A stretch of DNA of 63,990 bases, filler included, from Basidiobolus ranarum (Eukaryota), in the NCBI GenBank assembly GCA_040143965.1. It is 5 parts of 5 records of this genome, joined end to end, with 100 filler letters (N's around TTAATTAATTAA, not from the genome) between each part and the next. Parts side by side here need not be neighbours in the genome. Positions count along the whole stretch, not along the records: positions 39,338 to 52,326 come from JASJQH010007386.1; 4 more parts are not named here. The stretch is one strand, 5' to 3'. Below are positions 39,338 through 52,426 of this stretch, piece after piece. The position numbers and the translations under genes were made by a program. The notes beneath the pieces are model-generated. The model was given only the letters and a program-made list of their open reading frames with translations, was not told where the DNA came from and did not search any database. Positions within the stretch are counted from its first letter, which is position 1, and each line of letters opens with the position of its first letter.

Positions 39338-41896
39338 GCTGTTAGTTACGTTGTATTGTTATTAATATCGTCTAGAAGCTGCTTCTATACCTCACCACTG
39401 GCTTTGCTGAGAGTTAGAATTTCCATCGAGTAGATTAGAGAAGGAATGGTTGGGAATTAGAACACGGACAATGGCTTATATATATCAGAGATCCTCTTAG
39501 CAGCGCACCCTTACCAATCATCGGTCATAGTATGGCCACTAGCTGTCAAATGTACAAAATCGACTCGATGCTCAAACCAAAGAAATGCCATTGAAACTGA
39601 CTGTAATTGGTTACACAAACGTCCTATAAAAACATTAATATTACAGTGACGATCGAGTATAAAAAGTGACAAATCTAAGTAGCACACTTCCCATTCTAGG
39701 AGCTCTGATGCCAATCTAGAAGGGGGTGGAAAGCCATCATATATTTATATTTGGTATAATCTAAAATCTTATTCACGGTATTGCCACTTTTGGCCATCTA
39801 TCGAGGTCACTTACGCTTAATAGAGGATTTCTTATTTTATAGAAATCGTTCATTTATCACCGGGATCATCAGCACAGGCGGTATTCATGATGCAAGTTAT
39901 CACCTCATCACATCATTATTGAGCTGCTGATAATGTAGGCTTCGCAAATACTGAGCCATCTCCGCTGACCGCTGACATCATAGACATTGGGTTCAGTTTG
40001 AATGGATTTTGGAACACTTGGTGTCAATGTATCCACGGTCACGGCCGTAGCCAAGTCCTCGACTAACCTTAACTGCCTATACCTGATTCACGATGTTTCT
40101 AGGAGATCTAAAGATCAACGAGAATCAAATACCCCATCATCCATAGCAGATTTTGGAAAATGGGTTTTCCAACATGATTTCAAGATTACACCTATCTTGG
40201 GGAGTGATGTTTACCTCGAGTAACCTGCATTACAGCATATGGATGGTTATGGATGGTGAGAGCATCGCTAACCATTTTAGCGACAACGGATGCTGAACAC
40301 GGAGCACCTACTTTGGGGGATTTTCCAATGTTCTAATGGAATGTTGCTGTTGGCTTGTCCTTTGGCCCAATTCACGTTTGGTATATGGCTCGGCATGTGG
40401 GCGACAACTACGGCAATCATCGATAATACAGAATTCTCTCTGAAACCTCTAATTAGAAAGCCAAGAATTTTCCCTCTTAGATAGGGTGTTACCAAGCTGT
40501 AGTCCCTCAAATATGGCTAGTGTTATCTTGGGAAATCGATAACGCCAGACAGGTAACATAAATAATCCAAGCCTCGTCCAATCATTTGAATATTCTATAA
40601 TAGCGCTTTCTGGTAAAATGGATGATTCTAAACATTGGCAATCCGAGTCCAAGCCGGACTAGGATCGGTTTTTATCTTCTATAGGCCGATCTACGGCTAT
40701 GTTGCGTCTAGATTTTCTGACGAAAGATATACATAGCGCTGTGTGCTGATTTAAGCAACCATTCACTATTTATGGTAATGTTATTTCACAACAATTCAAG
40801 CTAGTACTGACCTCCTCATCACTTTTGATTCGATCATGACGACCATGTAGAATTTAGGTCATAGAGCAGAATCGACAAACTATGAGGCAATGTAGCATTA
40901 GCGCCAGTGGTGGCTTAGGGGGGAGTTTTTTGCATTTGCCAGCTAGGATCGCATTTTGCAAACTGATAGTTAAAATTCTATTTCTGGATGCCAATATTGC
41001 GTTCCACATCGGATACATTCATGGTGTCAGCCAAATGAATCCTTTCAGGCAGGTTCCCATAGAAGCGTTTTCTAAAGAATACCAGAAAGGCAAACGTGTG
41101 TCAATGTTTGCTATGTGTCCTTGTAGAAATGCAGTATGTGCCATAGAGCAACCAAGTACCACCGTGTCGGGATGATATTCATAATGTGGGCCTAATACGG
41201 CAGATATTGGGAAAGCCATTACTCCAATTGCTCTCATTATTAAGCAACCTAGCATTGAGTACCAAATTGAGTGTATATTGCAGATATCGATTGATTTAGA
41301 CATCAAACTGCTCACAGCAAGTATGACTCCGACAATGTCCCTGAGGCCTTAGGGCCACTTCCGGGTACGTAGCTATATTTTTATCCTATATAGATTATAT
41401 TGTACAAAAGGGTTAACAATCAAACCAAAAGCATAGACATCCGCAAACATTTCAATCGGCATAGGATTAATCACTGGAATGCCACAAGGTGGTGGGACTT
41501 ACATCTATCGATTTAATATTCGACTAACAGCCTGTTGTGTGCAAACGAGAGTTGGGAACCATAGTGATCCGAAACATGCAGGCAATTCGATTACAACAGT
41601 CAACACTATCAGGAAAGATACTTCTCTATAGTAGTCCTATTACTTGGTCATTAGAGAGTTCGATATGGTACAGCTTTGAATGAAGTCCAAGTTAATACTT
41701 TTGTTAGTTTAATCATGGTATGATATGCTCTTTTTTTTTATGACCAATTCCAATCCCACTGACATTCTAAAGCCTGTTGATATACATAAAGATAGTGCTC
41801 CTAAAAATGAACAACCTTGTGGTTTTACTCTGGGCCAACTAAATAAAATCTCTGTGATTGTCCTTCTTGTGAAATTAAATGAATATGGAATGAAGC

Positions 41897-42492
41897 CGTT
41901 GAAATAAGCATAGCCTACACATCTATATGGTCATATATAGCTTAGTATTTAGTTATTCCCCTTGATGTGATATCTTAGTGAACTATAGCATAACTAAATA
42001 CTTAGATGTTCTCAGATTTATAGCTTTTTCAAACTAGTGCTGGAAGCCCCAAACTTTGCACACATGTTCCTGGTGTTGAAATTAGCTTTGCCTAAACACC
42101 TATATAGTCATATATAGCTTAGTACTTAGTTATCTTATAATTCACTAAGATATTATCCTTTATTCTCAATCGGAATTTACTTGAAATATTTTTACCAACT
42201 TAGAAGTTCTCAGATATATAGATTTTTCAAACTTGTGCTAGAAGCCCCAAACTTTGCACACATGTTTTTGGGACCTTTTTTAACACATTCTACACATTGT
42301 TTTATTTATATCTTGACAAAACTATAAATGTCAACTTTTTACTCAATAAATAAGTGAAAACCACCAATTCCTCTAATTCTCCAAACCACTTCCAACAGGC
42401 TCCCAAATACTTTAACACCTGGCACCTTCCTTAACACATGCTACACGCTTATTTGCTTACTTCTTGACAAAACAATAAATGTCAACTTTCAA
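41897..42492 (+). mobile_element. Copia LTR A, interrupted by solo LTR B and 3'-truncated
   Basis: CGTTGAAATAAGCATAGCC... runs to CATGTTCCTGG (42073), resumes at 42423 and ends at GTCAACTTTCAA. Confidence 0.85.
42074..42417 (+). mobile_element. Solo copia LTR B with 5-bp target-site duplication CCTGG
   Basis: TGTTGAAATTAGC...TACTTTAACA flanked by CCTGG at 42069-42073 and 42418-42422. Confidence 0.95.
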
Positions 42493-42822
42493 TGTTAAGG
42501 TATTTTGGGAACCTGCTGGAAGTGGTTTGGAGAAATAGAGAAATTGGTGGTTTTCACTTGTTGATTTATAGAGTAGAAAGTTAACATTTATTGTTTTGTC
42601 CAGAAGTAAGCAAATAAGCGTGTAGCATGTGTTAAGGAAGGTGCCAGGAACACGTGCGCAAAGTTTGGGGCTTCTAGCAAAAGTTCTCGAAATCTATATA
42701 TCTGAGAACTTCCAAGAAAATTCCGCTTGAGAATAGTGGGTGATATCTTAGTTCAATATGGAGTAACTAAATACTAAGCTATATATGACTATATAGGTGT
42801 TTAGGCTATGCTTATTTTAACA
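42493..42822 (-). mobile_element. Copia LTR C, inverted relative to A/B
   Basis: Reverse complement of a full LTR (TGTTAAAATAAGCATAGCC...ACCTTAACA); no matching TSD. Confidence 0.9.
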
Positions 42823-45800
42823 GTTTATTAAGTTGAAACTGAGCGTTTATACCTAAGTTGAAGAAGAAAGTTAGTTATAGGAATGTGTTCCTAGAGTGTC
42901 CAGAAAATCGGAGTTAAAGTTTGGGGAGTTTTGGGCGAGTTTAAGCCTAATTCATTGAATTACGTTTCTACAACAATATTCAGCATTTGCATATAAATTA
43001 TCAATGTTAAAGATATATTTGAAAATGAACCGAAAAGTGCCAGCTAAATAGTAGAGCAAAAACCGCATATTGATAGTTTTTTCTTATTCTTGCAGCCATG
43101 AATGTGGTTTGTAATCGTTTAGGATATTTTATACTGTAGATTATATGCTCCAGTACTATAAGGGACATGAACATGGAGATGTATGGTTCAAAAACTTGAA
43201 TAATATTAGCCCTAAATATAGCAATGTATCTAATTCAAATTCATTAAAGCTTGATAGCCAAATCTCTACTAAACGCTGGCATTTTAGAGAACCAAGTGCT
43301 TTTTGACCAGTGTAGAGGCAATATAATATAGTGTATATATAATAAACCCTAATGCCGACTAAGATAATCCGAAATATTGTTGGAAGTTTTTAGTTTTGCT
43401 ATCAATTAACATGTAGTAACAGTGTTTCATGTCAAAGCTTTGATGTACTTACAGAATTGTGTTTCATAAGCGCCTTTCATAGAAAAACCTGAATACTCAA
43501 TTGCACAAAGCAAAAGTGTCATTCTCCTTAGATTTAGATGCATGTATAATGTCTCCATCTTAAAGAATCCTTTTCATGGTTATTTCTGTCTTTTAGAGTT
43601 CTACCAAGTCTACAGAAATAATCTAATTCTTGCCGATATTTGAAAATGCTTTGGACACGGCGCTTACCAATTATTGCCTACATCGGACTGGTTAAACTTC
43701 TGTTGTATACATTATTTAAGGGTCCAATCGACTAGAATATATTGTATGAGGAATCAAGATCGCAAAATCAGTAGCTACGGCCACCAATTACATATCATAT
43801 TTGCAAAAGTATAGATAATCATTATGGTTGTAGAAGTTGAATAATTCACCAAAAACACCGCCTTAATTACAATAATAGCTATTGTCACTGTTGATTTGTT
43901 TCAGCTCTTACAATACTTTTATGAACCATTCGTTTCTGTTTAGGATACTTGATGCTTGTATTATGAAAACTTAAACAGTACTTGGCGCCTCAATACCGTA
44001 TCCACAGCTTATAATATGGGTGATAACAGACACGCGCCCTATGGACCTTCTAAAGACATGATAGGAACTGGTTATTCGGTGGGATACACCGCAAACAATT
44101 CACAATGTACCCACTAAGTTATCTCACGGAGCTGTGACTGATTCGATCTAATTCCTGTAATCCAGATACTATTACTATGGCTTTACGATTGGATCCACTT
44201 GGAAAAATACTAACTGAATTTAACGATTTCAAGTGGCTTAACCCTGAGCCTGGTGGAGAGTGATGGAGTCATTGGTGTCGAAAAGTTTTCAATTCGTTTT
44301 AAGAAACTAATCTGGACGATCGGCTACACGAAATCTTCTCATCAACCGGGTTGCATTAGTTTGCTAAATCCGAGCTTTTGGACTGAATCCGGTACCTCAC
44401 GCTTGTGACCACGGTTTGGATTCATGCTACAGGCCAGTTGCTTCAGGCGCCACTATGACGGTACATTGCCCCTCAGACATACATTCGAGCTTAGTGTTTT
44501 TGGGTGGATGACAAGGCATATTTCTGAATCCGGAATAATCCCTCTTCGTAGATTAATTACTACAAGTTGAACAGAACATGTCAATTTTTCTTTCTCTAAT
44601 TATAGGTGAGGTATCACACAACATAACGCCCAATCTCCTGGATACGTTTCCACATTTATGTTAATCTGGCGGTACTAAGCAATGTGAACAGAACCGAAGC
44701 CTGTAATTCAGTTGGTATGATAGTCTATACTTAGGATAAATGTAGCCATTAGTTTTGACAACTCGGTAATCAATCAAGTTCTGATATTCACACCCGATCA
44801 GCTTATCCTTCCATGGCCTGTCAAGCTTGACATATCAATTACAAAATATAGTATCATGTTGTTTGGGGCAGTTTGGCCTATTCCTCTAAATGGACGGGAA
44901 AGTATTTTCTGAGTGAAGATCCAGCTTGCACCATTTATCAGGTTGATCATGTAGAGTGCTCATCTGCTCACCTTACTTGGACCATGACTCGCGCTTTTCC
45001 AATCACTCCCCTCCAACCAAAATCCAGGAATTGGGAGGTTGCCTCTTGGCCAAGTCCTAGTCATCATGTAGTGTTGATTAAGGTTAATATCATATGGCAA
45101 ACGTTATAAGATAATTCTCATTGAGTATCCTCTTGAAACCGTAAAATTTGGGATTGCCAAGCATATTCCAGATTCGACAACATGGAGCTCTCACGGTAAC
45201 TTCCCCACCATTGGAGAAAGCAAGCGCCGAGGGAATAACTGAGATGAACATCATTAGCAACACACCTTCACCATATTTTGTGCCCGTAACTCGGCTTCAA
45301 AATGCTCAAGACCCAGTAACTCGAAATAGTTTCACTACTGGTATACAACTTTGGCTCAAAAACCACGTCCCGAGTGAGATTCAACTTGATGTGTTGCTAT
45401 AAATCCACTGAATTATATTTTTGGGATTCTGATCGACTTGCCAACAACTTTAGGGTAACTGCTGCTGCCATGTATGTTAGAACTCATCCCATAATATTAG
45501 GTGCTAGATTAGCATTAAGAGTATATCAGTAAGTAAACTGATAATATGACTTCCAAACAAAGCCCGTTGAAACTTGACTCACATGATCTGAACCTAATAT
45601 GAGGTTGCTCTCTCCGGATTAAGAGGATAACTCTGCCTGGCATACAGCTAAATCCCAACATTTGAAAAATGACATCTGATGGGCGCTTATCGGAGGCAAG
45701 ATAAACTTATGCTAGAATTTTCCCAGGATCGCCCTTGACAATACCAACCTATGGTTATTGAAACAATGTGCAACGTAAATCGTATTGAATGTAGAGTGCC

Positions 45801-46238
45801 GATAGGTAGACGGCTGGAGGTTTCTGCTTTGGATTGTATTTTTGGAATAACACTAAACAATCCTTTCTGATCAATAGACATGATGTCCATTTTAAGCAGG
45901 CTGAATCACTAGCAAGCTCAGCCAATTGTCACCGTACATCATAGATATATGAATCACCACTTGTTTATCATTTCTAACAAAACAAAGCTTACTCGGTTAC
46001 GAACCTGAGTCTCTCCCCCTCACACATGATTGTACTAGCATCATATTTCCTGGACTTGGTATTTTGTAAGTCGAATGTAATGGTAACTGCTTCAGTAATT
46101 CCCATTTTTCTATTTTTGTCATCTGACTACGTGAAATTGCTACTTCAGATAACTTGAGATAGTTAAAAGTATATAATCCTTGATGCCTTCCTCAATTCTA
46201 CTCATTCATCTCTTTCGTGAGTTAACTGACCATTCACA

Positions 46239-48266
46239 ATGGGCAAAATATCTAGTCTTCTTTTACTATCTCTAGCCATCACTAGTAGCTCTGTCTACTC
46301 TCAAGACCTACCACCTAAAGTACCTGCTGCTAATGAAGACTTCTACTTCCATGTCAACTACGATTGGATCAAGAATACCACACTCCCAGCGGATCAAACT
46401 ATATGGAACACCTTCTCCACTCTCAATCAAGCGAACTCAGAGTTTCTCTTGACTACCTTACAAAAGGCCGGGAATTCTTCTGCCCCTAGTGTGTTAGGTG
46501 ATTTCTATGCCTCGGGTATGGATACTAGCCTCATTGAGAAGTCTGGATTAAACCCTATTAGAGCGTTGTTGCGCCAAGTCGGAACCATTCGTACTCCCGA
46601 TGATGTAGCCAAGGCAATCGGTAAACTTCACAGCTTGTCTATCTCGGTGCACGGTGGGAGTCCTTTGTTTGCTATTTCCTCCCAGCCTGATACCAAGAAT
46701 TCCACCTGGACATTGACCTACATGGGACAAAATGGTCTTTCTCTTCCTAGTAAAGATTACTATGTTGAGGAAAGTCAAGCTGATATTCGTCAAAAATACC
46801 TAACTCATGTCGAAAACATCTTTAAACTAGCCCAGTCAACTAATAGCAGCGCTAAAGCCAAAACTGTATTGGATTTCGAAACCGCTCTTGCCAAAAACTC
46901 GCTATCCTCCGTGGAACTTCGTGATGTTTATCGTACTTACAATAAGTTTAACTTCACTCAGCTTCTTGCCATCACCCCTGCTTTCCCTTGGCTTAGCTAC
47001 TGTCAATCATTGGGATGGCAGAAGGGGCATTGCTTCAATGATGGTGATGTCATCATCGACAATCCAGATTTCTTCAAATTTTTCAATACTTTGTTCAAGC
47101 AATTCCGTACTGAGGATTGGAGAGTATATTTAGAATGGCAAGTTTTAGGCTTCAGTGCCACTTACCTTGACCAGAAGTTTAAAGCTCAAGATTTCGACTT
47201 TTATGGTCGTACTCTCAGAGGTCAAAGCGAGCCTACCCCACGTTGGAAGTTCCTTTTAGGAGAAATCGGATCACAAATTCCCGACACTCTCAGTCAGTTA
47301 TTTGTCGCTGAGAAATTTAAGCCTGAAGCCAAAGCACAAGCTTTAGAAATGGTCAAGTTCATTCAGAACGCTCTTGAAACCCGCCTTCAGACTATTGAAT
47401 GGATGGGCCCAGAAACTCGTAAACGTGCCGTAGAGAAATTGAAAGCACTCAATGTGAAAATTGGATACCCCGACAAATGGGAGAAGTATACCGATATCAA
47501 AGTTTCTCGCAATCAACCATTCATCACTAATGTTCTTGATGCCTCTTCCGCAAATTTCAAGAAAACTCTTTCCGCTTCCAATACTCCAACTGACAAGAGC
47601 AGATGGTTCATGACTGCTTATGAAGTAAACGCATACTATGCTCCTGATTATAATGACATTGTCTTCCCTGCGGGCATCCTTCAACCCCCATTCTTCTATG
47701 CCCCAGATGAAAAGAATCCCAAAGGGAATCCTGCAGCCAATTTCGGTGGTATTGGTGCTGTTATTGGTCACGAAATTACCCACGGTTACGATGACCAAGG
47801 CCGTAATTACAATGCCCAAGGAAACCTTGAGGATTGGTGGACTCCAAAAGATGCTGCTGAATTCGAGAAACGCGCCAAAATTGTGATCGATCTTTACAGT
47901 AGCTATGAAATATACGGATCCAAGGTCAATGGCAATTTAACCCAAGGTGAAAATATTGCTGACATTGGTGGTGTTAAGCTCTCTTACCTCGCTTTCCAAG
48001 AATGGCAAAAGAATAACCCAGGTGTCGTTGGTGTTGTCAATGGTCTCACTCCGGAGCAACAATTCTTCACTGCTTATGCCCAAGTCTGGAAGAATATTGT
48101 ACGCAAAGAGGAGGCTTTATACCGCCTTCGTACCGACCCTCACGCCCCAGGTATCTTCAGAGTTAATGGGCCTTTGTCTAATTTCCAAGAATTCTATGAT
48201 GCCTTCGAAGTAAAGGAAGGTAACAAAATGTTCCGAAGTGAATCTGAACGAGTTAATATCTGGTAA
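46239..48266 (+). CDS. Secreted M13 family zinc metallopeptidase (neprilysin/PepO-like), intronless
   Basis: Signal peptide; EDFYFHVN, KIGYPD, VNAYY, IGHEITHGYD (HExxH), GENIAD, DPHAP..FRVNG; TATATAA at ~46170. Confidence 0.96.
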   Translation: MGKISSLLLLSLAITSSSVYSQDLPPKVPAANEDFYFHVNYDWIKNTTLPADQTIWNTFSTLNQANSEFLLTTLQKAGNSSAPSVLGDFYASGMDTSLIEKSGLNPIRALLRQVGTIRTPDDVAKAIGKLHSLSISVHGGSPLFAISSQPDTKNSTWTLTYMGQNGLSLPSKDYYVEESQADIRQKYLTHVENIFKLAQSTNSSAKAKTVLDFETALAKNSLSSVELRDVYRTYNKFNFTQLLAITPAFPWLSYCQSLGWQKGHCFNDGDVIIDNPDFFKFFNTLFKQFRTEDWRVYLEWQVLGFSATYLDQKFKAQDFDFYGRTLRGQSEPTPRWKFLLGEIGSQIPDTLSQLFVAEKFKPEAKAQALEMVKFIQNALETRLQTIEWMGPETRKRAVEKLKALNVKIGYPDKWEKYTDIKVSRNQPFITNVLDASSANFKKTLSASNTPTDKSRWFMTAYEVNAYYAPDYNDIVFPAGILQPPFFYAPDEKNPKGNPAANFGGIGAVIGHEITHGYDDQGRNYNAQGNLEDWWTPKDAAEFEKRAKIVIDLYSSYEIYGSKVNGNLTQGENIADIGGVKLSYLAFQEWQKNNPGVVGVVNGLTPEQQFFTAYAQVWKNIVRKEEALYRLRTDPHAPGIFRVNGPLSNFQEFYDAFEVKEGNKMFRSESERVNIW

Positions 48267-50503
48267 AGTATTTTCGGATCACAGGAACACAAGTATATTT
48301 TTTGTTTAAAGAAAATTACTGATTTTGAGGCACGCGATCAAGTATAATTGACCAATGAAAATTTTAATAAACTACACATGTGCCAACTTCAATTCTTTGT
48401 CTTATTTGTATAAGGCTAGATATATTCTATGAATAAATTAACCAAGTACATGTATCAAATGAAATCAAGCTTATATTGTACATTATTACACCATAAGTTT
48501 AAACAAAAAGCATCTACATCATTCAAGTAATATCGATGCAAGCCTTTATCTCCTACAAAAGATTCGGATATAAACTCAAGGCGCCTTTATTAGCATATTC
48601 TGCTTCTAAAACAATCTACCGAAGTTGTAACATTAGTTGTATATCAATGGATAAACAGAAAGGAAGGAATGTAAAACAACCTCTTCTGCATTTTATTCTT
48701 TCATCGCTTTAATAGCCATTTCAACCAAAGCAGTACCTTAAGATTGATTCAACCATACGTATATATATCTAAAAAGAAAACTCAATAGGGTCTGCTTTCT
48801 ATATTACTGTCACCACTACATAGCTATCTATCCACACCAGATATCTCCATGTTTGTCCAGCTTACAAATGATAATAATATCCCTCTCACAATGATTTTTG
48901 GAAATATAACAACAAAGTTAAGCGCAAGAGTGAAAAAAAACCTCAACAAAAAACCAAGATTGGGCCATCGATGAATAAAACAAGTGTATCAGAATAAGGC
49001 TCCAATGGATCTTTCCCAATGAAGAAAATCAGGTAATCTTAGTTCAGATCTGTAGGGAACATGCTATAATATTTCCTTTGTTAAAGTTGACTAGAAATAG
49101 GCATAGTAGCTACTGGTTTGTAGTAAAAAACCATCAGGATGTTAATCATAATTCGTTAACCCAACGTGATAGTTAATGTTGTACGAGGAATCCTGGAAAC
49201 TTAATATTATTTCGTTATTGTTCAAATTAATTATGCCATTTTCAACCATGTCCCAAATAACAGGATATTAAAGCGCCTTCGTCTGCACATCCAGTGTTCT
49301 TTTGATTTTCAAAATCACCAAAGCCTTACCATATATTTGCTTTGTAATTCAAGCAGCCTCGACCATTAATCGCTGGGGTCTTTCAAATCCGCACAACTAC
49401 CATATAGTGAAATTGAGGAGGCTTCATTATTAGGGCTTAGCAGCCCTAATGAGATTTAGCGCATACCTAAAGATGCATCACTATTCTATAGGTAAGATAC
49501 CCAGCGAGCCAATTATAAAAGGCAATTCACTGCAACATTTGCATGAAAATAATTTCCCTATTACAAAATATCGACTTGTGCATCTTGTGGCAAGAGAGAT
49601 TGTTGCTCAGTCACTTCGCATTGCTTAATGGGCATCCCATGATGCAAATCTCAGTTGATGGTGCTACGTACAAAGCTTCGATAGCCACATTCAATCAAAC
49701 CATTTGCATTCTTAAGGCTCGGTATCATTCATGCGCAGTCGATTCTATTAATAACACGGCGTGTCACTTGGATGAGACCTATCCATGCTGTTTAGTTCAT
49801 CTATGGCATGAGGTGTGCTAATCCAAATAAATTTAGTCCAAGTGACACGATATTTATTACATGTTACGATCACAAAAGAGGGAGACAAATTGTTCCCAGC
49901 GATTCCTTAATCGAGATTTTTCTCTCACTGTTCCTCATTCTTACAGCCACGATGGAATGGGGTTGACGGTTTCTTGGTCAATATTGATGAAACACAAACA
50001 CATTAGGCTTCGTGTGATTGTTTCAATGAAAACATCAACAACTGGTTCACCAAGTTAATTTATTCTGTGATTACTGCTGTTTGAGGCCCGTGATCTCAGT
50101 ACCCAATCCACTAAATCCCCTCTTCTGCTTGAATTGGAAATCGTTAAATTTCTATCCTTATTTGATACATAATATTTCAAATAGTAAACCTGCCAAGTTC
50201 TGGCTCTCAGTTTCCCCGCAAATAAGACTTTTATCGAGAGGTCGTTCGCTGACTCTACATCCTTTCCCTCCATATCTTCTACTCTCAAATTTCTATTTAT
50301 CCTTTCTTCATATCTTACTCCTTCATACCCTTTCATCAAACCTCTCAAGACGTTTAAAGTAATCATTAGTTTTGAGGTCCAAACAGATCTTTGCTAAGCT
50401 CGTCTATACTCAGCCCTGTTTTATTTGGCGGCTACTTGCCCTTCCCATCATCATCATCTACCAATATTTCACGAACTACTATAGTACCTAGTCTTGAAAC
50501 AAC

Positions 50504-52326
50504 ATGAACGAGTTAAAAGTTCTGCATCCCACAGATTTGAGTGGCTTGCAACAGGCTTCTGAGCCACTTTTCCCAACCCGTACTTCTTCTATTCGCCGAA
50601 ACCCTTCTACCAGAAGTGAAAGAAGATGCCACGAGCCTTCAAGCCCTCCCGCTGCTCAGATTTCTCGTAATCCTTCAGGTTACGACCGCACTTCAGCTGG
50701 TCGAAGTAATGGTCATGTTTCTCGAAGACAATATGATTCACCTCCAAGCCCAACTGTTCAAAGAAGCTATTCTTCACGTAGTAGAAAATATATTGGAAAT
50801 TACCAGCTTACAAAAACTCTTGGAACTGGTAGTATGGGCAAGGTCAAATTAGGTGTCCACCATGTTACAGGAGAAAAGGTACTGACATATTATATATCGA
50901 AGCCTGTTGCTTGAGATTACTTATTTATAGCTATATATATGTATAATTGTTATTTTACACCATTGACCTCCTTATTTTTCAGGTTGCTGTGAAAATCATC
51001 TCCCGTATGCAGCGTTCTAACGGTGATCCCGCGCAATCATCTGGAAGCCCCTCCAAAGATGAAAATAAAGAGATCAGAGTCATTCGTGAGGCCTCTATTA
51101 TGTCTTTGTTAGTGCATCCTAACATTGTTAGACTCAAGGATATTGTGGTTCATCCAAATCACTACTATCTATTTCTTGAATATATCAGTGGTGGTCAACT
51201 GCTGGACTACATCATCAGTCACGGCAAACTCAAAGAGAAGAATGCTCGTAAATTTGCTAGACAAATTTGTTCGGCCTTAGGTTAGTACAACTTCGGATAT
51301 ATTTGATAATCAATGAATCTTTGTTAACCAAAAGATATCATCAATATATAGATTATTGCCACAGGAATTCCGTAGTTCATAGAGGTTCGTTGCTGGACAC
51401 ATTTCATTTTACCCCTTGTTACCCGGTTTGTTAACCAATTCATGATTGTTTGTAGACCTCAAGATCGAGAATATCCTTATAGGAAGCGATGGCTCCATCA
51501 AGATTATTGACTTCGGTCTGTCAAACTTGTATTCTCCTCGTTCCCACCTTTCTACTTTCTGTGGTTCATTGTATTTCGCCGCTCCTGAGTTGCTTAGTGC
51601 ACGTGCTTATACTGGACCCGAAGTGGATATTTGGAGTATGGGGATCGTATTATATGTATTAGTATGTGGTAAAGTTCCATTCGATGACAAAAGTATGCCT
51701 GCCCTACATGCCAAGATCAAGAGAGGCTACGTTGAATACCCCAACTGGCTAAGCAGCGGTAATTATGAATCATAAGCTCTATGCTTGGAGTTTTCTCTTA
51801 CTCATCGGTTTTTTCATTCCCATATGATACAATAGAATGCAAGCATCTTTTATCGCGGATGCTTGTTACCAATCCCGTAGAAAGGGCCAGCATGGGTGAG
51901 GTTATCCATCATCCATGGATGAATATTGGATATGATAACCCTATTGAGAATTATGTACCTCATCGCCAGCCGCTTGCACCTTCACTAGATCCAAGTGTAA
52001 TCAAACGCATGACTGGGTTCGACTTCGGAGACGAAGAAAGTATCGGAGTGGAGCTGGAGGAGATTGTGCGAAGTGAAGCATACAAAAAACAATCCGTGTG
52101 CTCGCCACATGGAGAGATCATCAAGAACAACTTCAGCCATCCTCTTTTATCCATCTATTACTTGGTACAAGAAAAAATGGACCGTGAGAAGGAGCTAGAA
52201 TATCCTACCTAACCATCCCCCTCGGTAGCTTCAATTGGTTCCCCACCTAATTACCCTTCACGTACATACCTTTCACCACCACCATCGGTCGAAAATAACA
52301 GTTATGCTGTTGTTGCTGATGAGCCA
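50504..52326 (+). CDS. KIN1: Kin1/Kin2 (MARK/PAR-1) Ser/Thr kinase; exons 50504-50878, 50983-51280, 51352-51384, 51456-51758, 51836-(52212 stop or contig end)
   Basis: [77 protein letters not shown]; four canonical GT-AG introns. Confidence 0.9.
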
Positions 52327-52426
52327 NNNNNNNNNNNNNNNNNNNNNNNNNNNNNNNNNNNNNNNNNNNNTTAATTAATTAANNNNNNNNNNNNNNNNNN
52401 NNNNNNNNNNNNNNNNNNNNNNNNNN
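52327..52426. other. Artificial contig linker
   Basis: N44-TTAATTAATTAA-N44. Confidence 0.98.

Noticed and set aside
39338-41700. Short ORFs with slightly coding-like composition (similar stretches at 27400-28100 and 44000-45900)
   Set aside because: Possibly decayed genes, but I could not identify any family motif or consistent exon chain.
46548-48213. Overlapping alternative-frame and antisense ORFs inside the M13 gene (likewise in GH9, TBC, Kin1, arrestins)
   Set aside because: Shadow ORFs of well-supported genes.
48900-49260. NKAP(MD) resembling the LINE RT KAPGPDG motif
   Set aside because: Single weak motif in AT-rich DNA with no supporting RT motifs.
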